DNA of 64,000 nt from Nitrospinales bacterium (lineage in GTDB: Bacteria > Nitrospinota > Nitrospinia > Nitrospinales > VA-1). Shown here one piece after another: positions 51,612 through 63,634 of this stretch; within the stretch, counting starts at the first letter, position 1; every line of letters starts with the position of its first letter. Made by a program: the position numbers and the translations under genes. Location of the stretch: positions 736,001 to 800,000 of the forward strand of contig CBDCXL010000002.1 in NCBI GenBank assembly GCA_965223795.1, in the 5' to 3' direction. The notes under the pieces were generated by a model. It was not told where the DNA came from. It saw only the letters and a list, made by a program, of their open reading frames with translations, and searched no databases.

Positions 51612-52781
51612 ATGATCGGTTATCAAAAATTCGGCCAGCTTCCCGCCCTGCGCCACACCGCGCAGCGCGCAAACGGCCGGCTGCTCAACGAGTACTGCTT
51701 CACCCGCGAGGGGTTCGCGGACTGCTTTTCCATTCTCTACCTGCACCATCCGCCGACGAACGAGTACGCGAACGAGGCGTGCCCGGCGCCGCAATGGGCG
51801 AAGGCGGCGGCGCGGCAGGAGGACGGCCTGTTGCGGCGCCACTTCAAAAGCGATCTGTACGCGGCGGAAGCGAATTTCATCGACGGCCGAAAAATTCTGG
51901 CGTTCAACGATAAAATCGCCTACGGGCTGTGCCACCCGAAAATCCAGGAAGATAGCTTTTTCGCCAACAACGACGGCGACGAGCTGTTCTTCCTGTTCGA
52001 GGGAGCGCTCACGATTGAGTCTCTGTTCGGCAACATCGAGCTGGTTGCAGGGGATTATCTGTGGCTGCCGAAATCCTGTCCCTACCGCTTCCGCTTCGAG
52101 GGGCGGCCGCGTCTTCTCTATGTGGAAGCCCGGCACGGCCTGGAAATCCCGCCGGAATACAGGAACGCGCAGGGGCAGCTGACGATGGAGGCGCCGTATT
52201 CGGAACGCGGTTTCAAAATTCCGCAGTGGAACGCGGCGCTGTTCGAATCGGACGATGCGGCGGCCATCGTGCGCAAGCGGCAGGGCCGCTTCACGCGCAC
52301 CCGCTACCCGGACAATTATTTCAAGCTCGCAGGCTGGGACGGACATGTCTACCCGGTGGCCCTCAACCTCGACCGCATTCAGCCCAAGACGGGCCGCGTG
52401 CACCTGCCGCCGTCCTCACACATGACGTTTTCGGGACCGGGGTTCGCGGTCATGAGCTTTCTGCCGCGGCCGCTGGATTTCGACGCCAACGCGGTGCCGT
52501 GCCCGTTCTACCATTCGTCGGTGGACTGCGACGAACTGTTGTTCTACGTTTCCGGGGATTTCACCAGCCGCCGCACCATCGGCCGCGGCTCGATCAGCTA
52601 TCACCCTTCGGGCATCCCGCACGGCCCGCATCCGGGCGCGTACGAAAATGCGATCGGGCGCAAGGAAACCGAGGAGCAGGCGGTGATGGTGGACACGTTC
52701 GACCCGCTGACGCTGACCGAAGACAGCAAAGCGCTGGAGGACGCCGCTTACCCGGAAAGCTGGAAGGAAAATCCGTCATGA
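51612..52781 (+). CDS. hmgA: homogentisate 1,2-dioxygenase
   Basis: N.DGDEL; APYSER; GWDG..YP; HLPP; PFYHS.VDCDE; HP.GIPHGPHP; AVMVDTF. Confidence 0.92.
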   Translation: MIGYQKFGQLPALRHTAQRANGRLLNEYCFTREGFADCFSILYLHHPPTNEYANEACPAPQWAKAAARQEDGLLRRHFKSDLYAAEANFIDGRKILAFNDKIAYGLCHPKIQEDSFFANNDGDELFFLFEGALTIESLFGNIELVAGDYLWLPKSCPYRFRFEGRPRLLYVEARHGLEIPPEYRNAQGQLTMEAPYSERGFKIPQWNAALFESDDAAAIVRKRQGRFTRTRYPDNYFKLAGWDGHVYPVALNLDRIQPKTGRVHLPPSSHMTFSGPGFAVMSFLPRPLDFDANAVPCPFYHSSVDCDELLFYVSGDFTSRRTIGRGSISYHPSGIPHGPHPGAYENAIGRKETEEQAVMVDTFDPLTLTEDSKALEDAAYPESWKENPS

Positions 52782-53425
52782 CGGTGCATTCGGAGTTTGA
52801 CGCCATCGATCCCAATGAGCAGTTCTGGGTGGACGTGTACCACCTGATGAACTCCATCGTGCAGCCCAGGCCGATCGCCTGGATCTCCAGCGTGTCCGGG
52901 CAGGGCGAGCACAACCTGGCGCCGTTCAGCTATTTCAACATCTGCTCGATGAACCCGCCGGTGATTTCCAACTCGATTTTCTTCAACCGCGACGGATCGA
53001 AGAAGGACACTCTGAAAAACATCGAAGCGACGCGCCGCTACGTGGTGGGACGGGTGTCGTTCGACACGGCGGAGAAAGCCAACAACAGCTCCGCTCCGTT
53101 CGAAAACGGCGTGGACGAATTCACCGAAGCGGGCGTCGCGTTCGTGGAGCGCGGCGCGGGCGAGCCGCGGCTGATCGCCGACAGCCCGGTGCAGCTCATC
53201 TGCGAGCTCAACCAGACGGTGACGCTCGGGGAAGGCGCGGGCGTCGGCACGCTGGTGCTGGGAAACGTAAAAGAAATCCTTTTGTCAAAAAATCTCAGCG
53301 CGCAGGACTGGAAACGGGGCCTCGACCCGGAAACCCTCAACAACGTGGGCCGCATGGGCGCCGACCTTTACAGCAAGACGACGGACCGGTTCCGCCTGCC
53401 GCGGGCCACGGTGCCGAAAAAATGA
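52778..53425 (+). CDS. flavin reductase family protein
   Basis: PRPIAWIS; NLAPFSYFN; KDT..NI; GRMG..Y. Confidence 0.88.
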   Translation: MTVHSEFDAIDPNEQFWVDVYHLMNSIVQPRPIAWISSVSGQGEHNLAPFSYFNICSMNPPVISNSIFFNRDGSKKDTLKNIEATRRYVVGRVSFDTAEKANNSSAPFENGVDEFTEAGVAFVERGAGEPRLIADSPVQLICELNQTVTLGEGAGVGTLVLGNVKEILLSKNLSAQDWKRGLDPETLNNVGRMGADLYSKTTDRFRLPRATVPKK

Positions 53426-53434
53426 GAGCCTGAT

Positions 53435-54604
53435 ATGAAACACGCCTGCATCTACAGCGCGGTGCGCACGCCGATCGGCAAGTTCAACGGCGCGTTCAAG
53501 GACATCCCCGCGCCGGAGCTGGGCGCGGCGGCGATCCGTGAAGCGGTGAAACGCAGCGGGGTGCCGGGCGACGCCATCGGCGGGGTGTTCATGGGAAACG
53601 CCATCGCGGCGGGACTCGGACAGGCCCCGGCCCGGCAGGCGGCGATGCGGAGCGGGCTTTCCGAAAGCATCGGCGCGGTCACGGTCAACCGGGTCTGCGG
53701 CTCGGCGCTGCAGGCGATGATCTTTGCCGGCCAGTCCATCGCCCTCGGTGAAGCGGAGTTCCTAGTGGCGGGAGGCATGGAAAACATGAGCCGCGCGCCT
53801 TATCTTTTGCCGCAGCTGCGCGCGGGACACAAGCTGGGCGACACGAAGATGATCGACAGCCTGATCCACGACGGGCTGCTGGACGCGCACGAGCACCGCC
53901 ACATGGGCGAGCTCACCGACGCGCTGGCGGCGCGGCATTGCGTCAGCCGGGAAAGCCAGGACGCATACGCCATCGCCAGCTACACGCGTGCGCGCGCGGC
54001 GGTGGAAAAAGGAATCTTCGCCAAAGAGATCGTCCCGGTCGGCCGCACACTGCGCAGCGGCGAAACCGAATGGATCGAAAAGGACGAGCAGCCCTACGCC
54101 GAAGAGCTGGACCGCTTCCCCTTTTTACGTCCCGTGTTCGTCCCGGAAACGGGAACCCTCACCAAGGGCAACGGCGCCAAGATCAACGACGGCGCGGCGG
54201 CGCTGGTGCTGGGCAAAGAGTCGTCTGAGCACACGCCGATCGCGCGCATCATCGGCCACGCTTCGCATTCGCAGTCGCCGGCGGACTTTTCCATCGCGCC
54301 GGTGGGGGCGATCCGGAAGGTCCTCAGGCAATGCGGCATGCAGATCGAAGACATCGACCTGTTTGAAATCAACGAGGCGTTCGCGGCGGCGTCGCTCCTG
54401 GTCAACGACGAACTGAACCTGAACCCGGAAAAGGTCAACGTGCACGGCGGCGCGATCGCGCTGGGCCATCCGATCGGCGCGACGGGCGCGCGTCTTCTGG
54501 TGACGCTGCTCAACGCGCTCAAGGTAAAAAACCGCAAACGGGGCCTCGCCAGCCTGTGCATCGGCGGCGGCGAAGCCATCGCCGTGATCATCGAAACGGA
54601 CTGA
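53435..54604 (+). CDS. acetyl-CoA acetyltransferase (thiolase)
   Basis: NRVCGS; GGMENMS; EINEAF; GHPIGATG; CIGGG. Confidence 0.95.
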   Translation: MKHACIYSAVRTPIGKFNGAFKDIPAPELGAAAIREAVKRSGVPGDAIGGVFMGNAIAAGLGQAPARQAAMRSGLSESIGAVTVNRVCGSALQAMIFAGQSIALGEAEFLVAGGMENMSRAPYLLPQLRAGHKLGDTKMIDSLIHDGLLDAHEHRHMGELTDALAARHCVSRESQDAYAIASYTRARAAVEKGIFAKEIVPVGRTLRSGETEWIEKDEQPYAEELDRFPFLRPVFVPETGTLTKGNGAKINDGAAALVLGKESSEHTPIARIIGHASHSQSPADFSIAPVGAIRKVLRQCGMQIEDIDLFEINEAFAAASLLVNDELNLNPEKVNVHGGAIALGHPIGATGARLLVTLLNALKVKNRKRGLASLCIGGGEAIAVIIETD

Positions 54605-54640
54605 CGTTTTTTCACGCCGCACAAAGCCGAGGAGGCGGAC

Positions 54641-56662
<2,022 letters not shown>

Positions 56663-56670
56663 GAGGCAGC

Positions 56671-58344
56671 ATGTCCAGCAAAACGACGACCCTGGGCTCT
56701 TATCTGATCGACCGGCTGTACGGCCTCGGCGTGCGCCACGTGTTCGGCGTGCCGGGGGATTTCAGCCTGAGCTTCTGCAAGCTTTTAGAAACCGACGGAC
56801 GCATCGCCTTCGTCGGCACCACCCGCGAAGACACGGCCGGGTTCGCGGCCGACGGCTACGCGCGCCGCAACAAGGGCATGGGCGTGGTGCTGGTGACGCA
56901 CGGTGTCGGCGCGCTCAGCACGGTCAACCCGATCGCCGGCGCCAACGCGGAATCCTCGCCGGTGCTGCTGATCAGCGGCGCGCCCGGCGTGGAGGAGAGA
57001 AAGCGCAACCCGCTCATCCACCACAGCTTCGGGTTGCAGGATGCGCAGATGAATATTTTCGAGAACTTCACCGTGTCCGGCGCGGCGCTCAACGATCTGT
57101 TCCTCGCGCCGCGGCAGATCGACCACGTGCTGCGCAATGTGTGGGCGCAGAAAAAACCGGGATACCTGGAACTGCCGCGCGACCTCATCGACAAGGAAGT
57201 GTTTCCGCTGGAACAGGCCGCCACGGCACTGCAGCGCGCGCCCGAAAGCGACGCGGAGGCGCTGAAGGAAGCGCTGGCGGAGACGATGGACCTTTTGCTG
57301 CAGGCGGACGCGCCCGCCATCCTGGCGGGGGTGGAGGTGCACCGGCACCGCATCCAGAACGAGCTGGTGCAGCTGGTGGAGGCGACGCAGCTGCCGGTGG
57401 CCGCGACGATCATGGGAAAATCGGTGATCCGCGAATCGCATCCCCTTTATCTCGGCGTCTACCAGGGACAGGTGTGCGGCGAAGCGACGCGGCAGGTCAT
57501 CGAATCCTCGGACGTGCTGCTCACGCTGGGGGTCATGTTCACGGACATCAACCTGGGCATGTACACAGCGACGCTGGACCCCAGGCACATGGTGCGCGCC
57601 AAGCACGGGCAGGTGTCGATCAAGCACCACAGTTTCTCCGGCATCACGCTGAAGGACTTTATAACCGGGCTGGCCACGGCGTGGCGCGCGGGTTCCTCCA
57701 AAAAATTCGGCAAAGCCGTCCCGGTCGCGGAAGCAACATCCCAGGCGGCGGAGAATGCCGACCCCGGCTCGGCCCTGACCATGGAGTCGATGATCGCCGT
57801 GCTCAACCGCAAGCTCACGCCGGACGTTTCGGTGGTGGCGGACACGGGGGACTGCCTGTTCGCGGCGGCGGAACTCAAGGTTCCGGACCAGACGGCGTTT
57901 TTCGCTTCGGCGTTCTACACGACGATGGGGTTCGCGGTGCCGGCGGCGCTGGGCGTGAACTGCGCCTCGCCGGAAACACGGCCTCTGATCCTGGTCGGGG
58001 ACGGGGCGTTTCAGATGACGGGCACGGAGCTTTCCACATTCAAGAAGCTGGCGTTCGCGCCCATCGTGCTGGTGATCAACAACCGCGGCTACGAAACCGA
58101 GCGCGTGATTCTGGAAGGCAAGTTCAACGACATCAACGAATGGGATTACAGCGGCGTGTGCGGGCTGATCGGTTACGGCAAGGGCGTGAAGGTGGCGACG
58201 CTGAGTGAATTCGAAAACGCGGTGGCCAAGGCGCTGGATGATAAAAAAAACCTATACGTGATCGACGCGATCGTCACCGAATCCTCGCCGGGCATGCGGC
58301 GGCTGGCGGGTGAGATCGGCAAGCGGCTCAAGAAAAAGGAATGA
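56671..58344 (+). CDS. TPP-dependent 2-oxo-acid (indolepyruvate/phenylpyruvate) decarboxylase
   Basis: FGVPGDF; AADGYAR; IHH; GDGAFQMTG; NNRGY. Confidence 0.88.
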   Translation: MSSKTTTLGSYLIDRLYGLGVRHVFGVPGDFSLSFCKLLETDGRIAFVGTTREDTAGFAADGYARRNKGMGVVLVTHGVGALSTVNPIAGANAESSPVLLISGAPGVEERKRNPLIHHSFGLQDAQMNIFENFTVSGAALNDLFLAPRQIDHVLRNVWAQKKPGYLELPRDLIDKEVFPLEQAATALQRAPESDAEALKEALAETMDLLLQADAPAILAGVEVHRHRIQNELVQLVEATQLPVAATIMGKSVIRESHPLYLGVYQGQVCGEATRQVIESSDVLLTLGVMFTDINLGMYTATLDPRHMVRAKHGQVSIKHHSFSGITLKDFITGLATAWRAGSSKKFGKAVPVAEATSQAAENADPGSALTMESMIAVLNRKLTPDVSVVADTGDCLFAAAELKVPDQTAFFASAFYTTMGFAVPAALGVNCASPETRPLILVGDGAFQMTGTELSTFKKLAFAPIVLVINNRGYETERVILEGKFNDINEWDYSGVCGLIGYGKGVKVATLSEFENAVAKALDDKKNLYVIDAIVTESSPGMRRLAGEIGKRLKKKE

Positions 58345-58395
58345 GTGCCGCGGCTCCTGCCGCCGCAAAAGGGAACCGTCCGTTAGGGGGTAACG

Positions 58396-58872
58396 TTAAA
58401 ACCGCTGCGGCGGCAGGGAAAAGTTGTGCGGCGGCCGGGTGATGTTCCGCGGCCGGGCGGTGAGGTGCACGGTCTTGCTTTCCTTCTTTTTCGCTCCTGA
58501 AATCCAGTAGCAGAAGTTGTATCTGCCTTCCTGCACGAATTCAAGCTGGATGTTTTTTTTCGGGCGCAGCAGATTCAGCCGAAACACTTCCTTTTGAGCG
58601 CGGGTGGACAGAATCGAAAAATGCAGGATGGCGAAATCGGAATCGTTGCGGAAGCAGACGGGAGAGGCGACGTGCGCCTGCATCTCGAAATGTTTTTTGG
58701 CGAACGAATTCAGATACAGAACGGTTTCGTCGCGGGGCATTTCCGGAAGCGCGTCTCCCAGCAGGTGCAGATGGGTGAACGGTGAACGCAGGCGGATGAA
58801 ATCCGGATCGTGTTGCCAGTCCGTGTCTGTGAATTCACCGAATACGAAATCTTTTTTGACGGGAAACGACAT
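58396..58872 (-). CDS. hypothetical protein
   Basis: 158 aa ORF with RBS-like GAGG. Confidence 0.6.
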   Translation of the reverse strand: MSFPVKKDFVFGEFTDTDWQHDPDFIRLRSPFTHLHLLGDALPEMPRDETVLYLNSFAKKHFEMQAHVASPVCFRNDSDFAILHFSILSTRAQKEVFRLNLLRPKKNIQLEFVQEGRYNFCYWISGAKKKESKTVHLTARPRNITRPPHNFSLPPQRF

Positions 58873-59302
58873 GGCGGCTTGTCCTCATGGATGCTTTGCC
58901 GTGGTTTCCCTTATTCTAAAAAAATCCCACCGCCCCACCCTATCGGGTGAAGGCTGATTTTTTTGTCAGAATTTTTCCTATATTTTTACGAGAAGCAGAA
59001 TGGCGAAATCTTGCCAGGACGCACGGGATAAAACGGAAAAATCGGGAGCTCGCGCAAAGCCAATGAACGGATTTCCCCCCTCACCTTAGTCCTCAAGCCA
59101 CCTCCGGTATTTAAATGAGCGGGTGGCAGAACAAATTCTGCACTTCCTCATTAAACTGATTACAAGGAGGGTCGTCAAGCTTCGCTTGACCTCCCCCCGG
59201 AGGGTGCAGGCCGGGCATAGCCCGGCGCTCACTTATTAAATACGGGATATGGTTTGAGGAATTTTTTTATTCACGTTTTCCTTTGCGCCTTTTTCCGATT
59301 TT

Positions 59303-60106
59303 CTACTCCATCTTCTTGCGGGCCTTGTCGAGGCCGAGCCAGAAGGTGTGGATGGCATCCAGCGCCTTGTGCCCGCCTTTGAGGAAACGTTTGGCGTTGA
59401 AGTCGGGCCGGTAGAAGGCTTCTTTCATTTCCTCGAGCACGTTGTCGCCGTGCCCCTTTTCGCTCTCGAAATGAAACTGGAAAAAATCCAGTGGAATTGC
59501 GTCGCCGCCTTTGAGTGCGTGTTTCTGGTTGAACCCGTCGATGCCGTCGATCAGCTCCTTCCAGAAATTGTTGGCTTCTTCCTCGGCGCTGCCGCCGATC
59601 CCCCATGCCGCCCAGGTTTCGATGGCGTAGCTGGCGCCGCGGCCGATCTCGCCTTCCTTGCTGCCGTAGGTGTCTTCCAGCCCTTTGATGAAGGCGCGGG
59701 TGGAGGGCGAGGCGGTTTCCCAGACGCCCAGCCGCCTGGGATCGAGCTGCAACGGCTTCGCGGTGTCGCGCAGCCAGTTGATGTGCGCCCAGCGGGTGTG
59801 AAAGGGCTGGTCTTCGGTGGAACCGTCTTTCTGGATGCCCACCCCCAGCTCGTTGGCCAGGATGTAACGGGCATGGGTTTCGGCTTCCAGGTCGGTGGCG
59901 TTCAAAATGCGCATGAGCTGCGCCAGCAGGAACCATTTGGAAAACACCGCGAACTGCTCGAACAGATCCACCACCTGTTCGCGGTTCGCCACGCCCTGCT
60001 TGAACCACTTGCAATAGGCGTTCGCGGTGATGACCGGATGCCGGTGTATCTCTTTCTCCACGATCCCCCAAAAATCCTCAAAGTGTTTCCGTCTCGGAGC
60101 GTTCAT
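59303..60106 (-). CDS. heme-oxygenase-like diiron oxidase (TenA/PqqC/CADD superfamily)
   Basis: HP at N-terminus; ANELG ... HINW ... YAIE ... FFQFHFESEKGH ligand spacing. Confidence 0.7.
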   Translation of the reverse strand: MNAPRRKHFEDFWGIVEKEIHRHPVITANAYCKWFKQGVANREQVVDLFEQFAVFSKWFLLAQLMRILNATDLEAETHARYILANELGVGIQKDGSTEDQPFHTRWAHINWLRDTAKPLQLDPRRLGVWETASPSTRAFIKGLEDTYGSKEGEIGRGASYAIETWAAWGIGGSAEEEANNFWKELIDGIDGFNQKHALKGGDAIPLDFFQFHFESEKGHGDNVLEEMKEAFYRPDFNAKRFLKGGHKALDAIHTFWLGLDKARKKME

Positions 60107-60393
60107 GACAGTTCCTCTTGAGCTGGTTTTTCAGGTGACCTGCACAAAGAACCGTTCCGCCGTTTCCCCGGCCGGTCCTTTGCTCTCCTTCTATTTTACC
60201 GGAATTGGACCGCCGGAATGTATGAATTATCATAAACGTTTTTAAGGACTTAACCTTTCCGGAAAGGCCCGTTCGCGCCGCCTTTGGAGTGTGGGTTTAA
60301 AGGCCCTGAAAAGGGGGCGGTAATTTTGTGACAAAAAATATCAGGTTCATGGCATGGCCGGTGCAGGCAGTTGAATGACGATCCCCGGAGGCG

Positions 60394-60831
60394 ATGCCCT
60401 TGAACTCCCGCAACGCAAAACCCGTGCGCATGCTGTTAGCCGCCGGATGGCTCTGCCTGTCCGCAGGCGCCGCGCCGGTGGCGGCTTCGGACTGCGTGGG
60501 GTTTGAGAACATGGCGGTGAAGATCCTGAGGCAGGAATACGGCCGCGTGCACTTCGCCCTCAATGCGGACCTGATCAATGCCTGCGCCCGCAAGGTGAAT
60601 TTCGTGGTGGACCTGCAATACGTCGACGCGCGCGGCGTGCTGCTGGACAACCTGCTCAAACCCGTGCAGTCCCTGTCTCCCAGACAGACGAAAACCATCC
60701 TCTATATGGAAAGCCTGCCTCCGGAGGTGTTCCACCGAATCGGCGCGTACGTGTTCAAGGCGTCGGACGTTCCGGAATCGGCGCAGATATTAGACGGCAA
60801 CGGCCTGTCCGCAAACCCGCCCCCAGACTGA
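60394..60831 (+). CDS. secreted hypothetical protein
   Basis: signal peptide; RBS GGAGG. Confidence 0.65.
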   Translation: MPLNSRNAKPVRMLLAAGWLCLSAGAAPVAASDCVGFENMAVKILRQEYGRVHFALNADLINACARKVNFVVDLQYVDARGVLLDNLLKPVQSLSPRQTKTILYMESLPPEVFHRIGAYVFKASDVPESAQILDGNGLSANPPPD

Positions 60832-61120
60832 GCCTGAGCGCTCCCGCCCCCCTGCCCTTTTTCTCTCGCCTCAACCGGCGGTTTTTCAATTCTTCTGCTT
60901 ATTCCTCTAATTGACAAGGCTGTGACCTTGCCTTGATCGGTTCGTGATACCCGGTTTTTATACTGTTTTTGTGTTCAGGCATGCGTGGTTTGCCTGAGCG
61001 GTCTTTCTGATTGGTCTGCAAGAGCGAAGAAGCTGAGCTTCTTCCTTCTTAGCCTCTCCCGCCGGGCGCTCCCCCCGCCCGGCGGGACCTCCTCTAACTT
61101 CCAAGGACAAGACAGACGGC

Positions 61121-61573
61121 ATGAACGAAAAATCCGCGATCAAACAGCAAAAGCGCCGGGAACTGGAAAGCCTGTGGAAAGAGATCGAAAAAGCGATCGT
61201 CAACTCCCCGGAAGTCCGCCTGTCCCTGACCAAATACCAGGCCATCGATTCGAGCGACGCTTCGTTCAAGGACAACATCATCCTGGAAATCGACAAATTA
61301 TCCGAACTGATCGAAAAGGAAGAATCCCCCCAGGACCCGACGCTGCGGGCCGGCGAATCGCGGGAAAATTCCCTGCGCGAGATGGTGCGGAAATTCCGCG
61401 GTTATCTGATCAAGTCGCTGCAGTCCAATCTCAAGCTGATCGAATCCTGCACGCAGCTGACGCTGGACAACAACGGTCTCAAAAAGAAACTTCTGGAGCT
61501 GGACGAAAAACACAAAAAGGCTCTGAAGAACATCGAAAAAATCCTCATCAACATGACCCGCAACCCCAACTGA
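61121..61573 (+). CDS. coiled-coil hypothetical protein
   Basis: helical K/E/L-rich sequence. Confidence 0.75.
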   Translation: MNEKSAIKQQKRRELESLWKEIEKAIVNSPEVRLSLTKYQAIDSSDASFKDNIILEIDKLSELIEKEESPQDPTLRAGESRENSLREMVRKFRGYLIKSLQSNLKLIESCTQLTLDNNGLKKKLLELDEKHKKALKNIEKILINMTRNPN

Positions 61574-61786
61574 ACCTCTCCCAGCTTCGCAATATCTCTC
61601 CAAAAACCGCTTCATTTCGGGTTTTCAACGCTTCTCAACACTTCAGGCATTTTCTCAAGCACTCTCCCTATCCCGGCTTGGCGACGGCGTCGGTTTTCCC
61701 TTGAATTCACCTGAGCCAAAAAATAACGGTACAAGCCGCTGAATTTCCCCCAAAAATCATATTCCGCACATTTTTTTCCGTTTCCG

Positions 61787-61816
61787 TGTCAACCGATCGC
61801 CGGCGTTCACGTTGTA
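61787..61816 (+). promoter_or_regulatory. putative ECF sigma promoter
   Basis: TGTCAAC-N16-CGTTGTA (AAC/CGT pattern) next to an ECF gene. Confidence 0.45.
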
Positions 61817-61860
61817 CGTATCAGTGAGTCCAACCGAATCTATTGACCAAGGAGGAAAAA

Positions 61861-62328
61861 ATGCTTACAAAACACGTGATGGTGCCGATGGTTCTGCTGA
61901 CGTTTTTGCCCCCGTCCTTCGCCGCGGGGGGCGATCTGGGCCAGAAGGTGGAAAACCACCTGGATCGCAAAGGCGACCGTATCGAAAACCACCTCGACCG
62001 CAAGGGCGACCGCATCGAGAACCATCTGGACCGCAAGGGCGACCGCATCGAAAATCACCTGGATAAAAAGGGGGACCGCATCGACGGCTGGCTCGACCGC
62101 AAAGCCGACCAGGCCGAGGCGCACGGCAAGGACGGCCTGGCGAAGCGGCTCGACCGCAAGGGCGACCGGATTGACGCGAAGCTGGACCGGAAAGGCAACC
62201 GCATCGACGCGAAGCTCGATAGAAAGGGCCATCGCATCGACCGGAAGTTGGACCGCAAGGGCAACCGGGTCGACCGCAGGCTCGACCGAAAGGGAAAACG
62301 CCTGCACCGGCGCATCGACCGCCACTGA
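61861..62328 (+). CDS. secreted 11-residue repeat protein (I-E/D-x-x-LDRKGDR, about 11 copies)
   Basis: RBS GGAGG; signal peptide; 33-bp degenerate tandem repeats. Confidence 0.85.
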   Translation: MLTKHVMVPMVLLTFLPPSFAAGGDLGQKVENHLDRKGDRIENHLDRKGDRIENHLDRKGDRIENHLDKKGDRIDGWLDRKADQAEAHGKDGLAKRLDRKGDRIDAKLDRKGNRIDAKLDRKGHRIDRKLDRKGNRVDRRLDRKGKRLHRRIDRH

Positions 62329-62503
62329 GAACCGTTGGCTCCCCGTCCCCGCACGCGGTTGCGGGGAGGCGGGGGGTTTCCCTGAAACCGTTTGAGGGCA
62401 CCTCTGAAAATTGCGTCTGGCTACGCGCGCCGCTAAAAAAAGAGGCGCGCGTTGGCTGCAGGAGACATATCGAAAATATTGGAAGTTCCCTTTATGAGGT
62501 TGC

Positions 62504-63043
62504 ATGCGGGAAGGCACCCAGCCGATGGACGAATTTCTGGCCTCCGTTGAACGGCGTGCTTTCCATATTGCGCGGTTCGCCGCGGGCAACGACGAGGACG
62601 CGCTCGACATCGTGCAGGAAACGATGCTGGCTCTGGTCCGGCGTTATGCGGACAAACCCGAGGCGGAATGGCGGCCGCTTTTTTTTCGCATCCTGCAGAA
62701 CAAGATCCGCGACGGCCACCGCAAAAACGCGCTGCGCCGGGTGCTGTTCGGCTGGTGGGACAAACGCCGGGAGAGCGACGCCGACCCGGTCGATTCGCTG
62801 CCGTCCCGCGCGGGCGGCGAGGCGGGCGAGCTTTGGCTGCGTCCGGACGGGTCGGGAGCGCTGGATCGGGCGCTGCGCGCTTTGCCCGGGCGGCAGCAGC
62901 AGGCGTTTCTGCTCAGGGCCTGGGAGGGCATGAGCGTCAGGGAAACGGCGGCGGCCATGCAGTGCTCGGAAGGCAGCGTGAAAACCCATTACGCGCGGGC
63001 GGTGCAGACGTTGCGCGATCAACTGAAGGGACTGGATGAATGA
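62504..63043 (+). CDS. ECF RNA polymerase sigma factor (ECF18-like)
   Basis: FLASVERRAF; ALDIVQE; W.PLF.RILQN; LP.RQQQAFLLR.WE; SEGSVKTH. Confidence 0.9.
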   Translation: MREGTQPMDEFLASVERRAFHIARFAAGNDEDALDIVQETMLALVRRYADKPEAEWRPLFFRILQNKIRDGHRKNALRRVLFGWWDKRRESDADPVDSLPSRAGGEAGELWLRPDGSGALDRALRALPGRQQQAFLLRAWEGMSVRETAAAMQCSEGSVKTHYARAVQTLRDQLKGLDE

Positions 63044-63393
63044 CCGACGGATCGTTTGAGGACAAGGCGAAAAAGGCGCTGGACCGGGCGGAGGAAAACA
63101 CCGGTCCTGAAATCCTTTCGCGCCTTCAGGGAATGCGGCGGGACGCGGTGCGGGAGATGGCGAATCGCGGGCAGCCGCGTGTGCAGCAGTGGTGGGGCGT
63201 TCCAGCGCCGGCGCTGGCCTTCGCCACGCTGGTTCTTGTATCGGGACTGCTGTTCTTCACTCAGGACCGCCCCCCGGCGCCGCCCGGCACGATCGAGGAC
63301 CTGGAACTGCTGGCGTCCAACCCGCACCTGGAATTTTATGAGGATCTGGATTTTTACGCCTGGCTGGCGGAGGAAGACTCCCGTGCGGGGTGA
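63040..63393 (+). CDS. putative anti-sigma factor (DUF3619-like)
   Basis: RL...RR.A; TM; DLELL...LEFYEDLDFYAWL; overlaps the sigma stop. Confidence 0.75.
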   Translation: MTDGSFEDKAKKALDRAEENTGPEILSRLQGMRRDAVREMANRGQPRVQQWWGVPAPALAFATLVLVSGLLFFTQDRPPAPPGTIEDLELLASNPHLEFYEDLDFYAWLAEEDSRAG

Positions 63394-63634
63394 GCCCCTG
63401 GCGCTGGCGCTGTTGTTGTCGCTGTGCGCGGTCACGGCACAGGCTGAGCCGCCGGAAACGCAGGACCCGGCGGCCGAGGAAACCGAGCTTCCCTCGATGG
63501 ATTTTCTCGAGTTTTTAGGTGAGTGGGAGACCGAGGACGGCGGCTGGGTGGATCCTCTGGAGCTGGAAACGTGGACGCCGCCGGAAGTACCTGACGAAGA
63601 GAAGAAGGATGAGGATGACAACGATGAATCGTGA
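63383..63634 (+). CDS. small secreted acidic protein
   Basis: signal; PSMDFLEFLGEWETEDGGWVDP. Confidence 0.7.
   Translation: MRGEPLALALLLSLCAVTAQAEPPETQDPAAEETELPSMDFLEFLGEWETEDGGWVDPLELETWTPPEVPDEEKKDEDDNDES

Noticed and set aside
52061..52777. N-terminal extension of the flavin reductase ORF
   Set aside because: Overlaps hmgA out of frame; the likely start is ATG 52778 (ATGA coupling). Similar over-long starts were trimmed for the OMT, rpmA, 19136 and 63383 genes
60221..60234. Fur box upstream of the diiron enzyme
   Set aside because: TATGAATTATCATA gives only a half match and may simply be a -10 element
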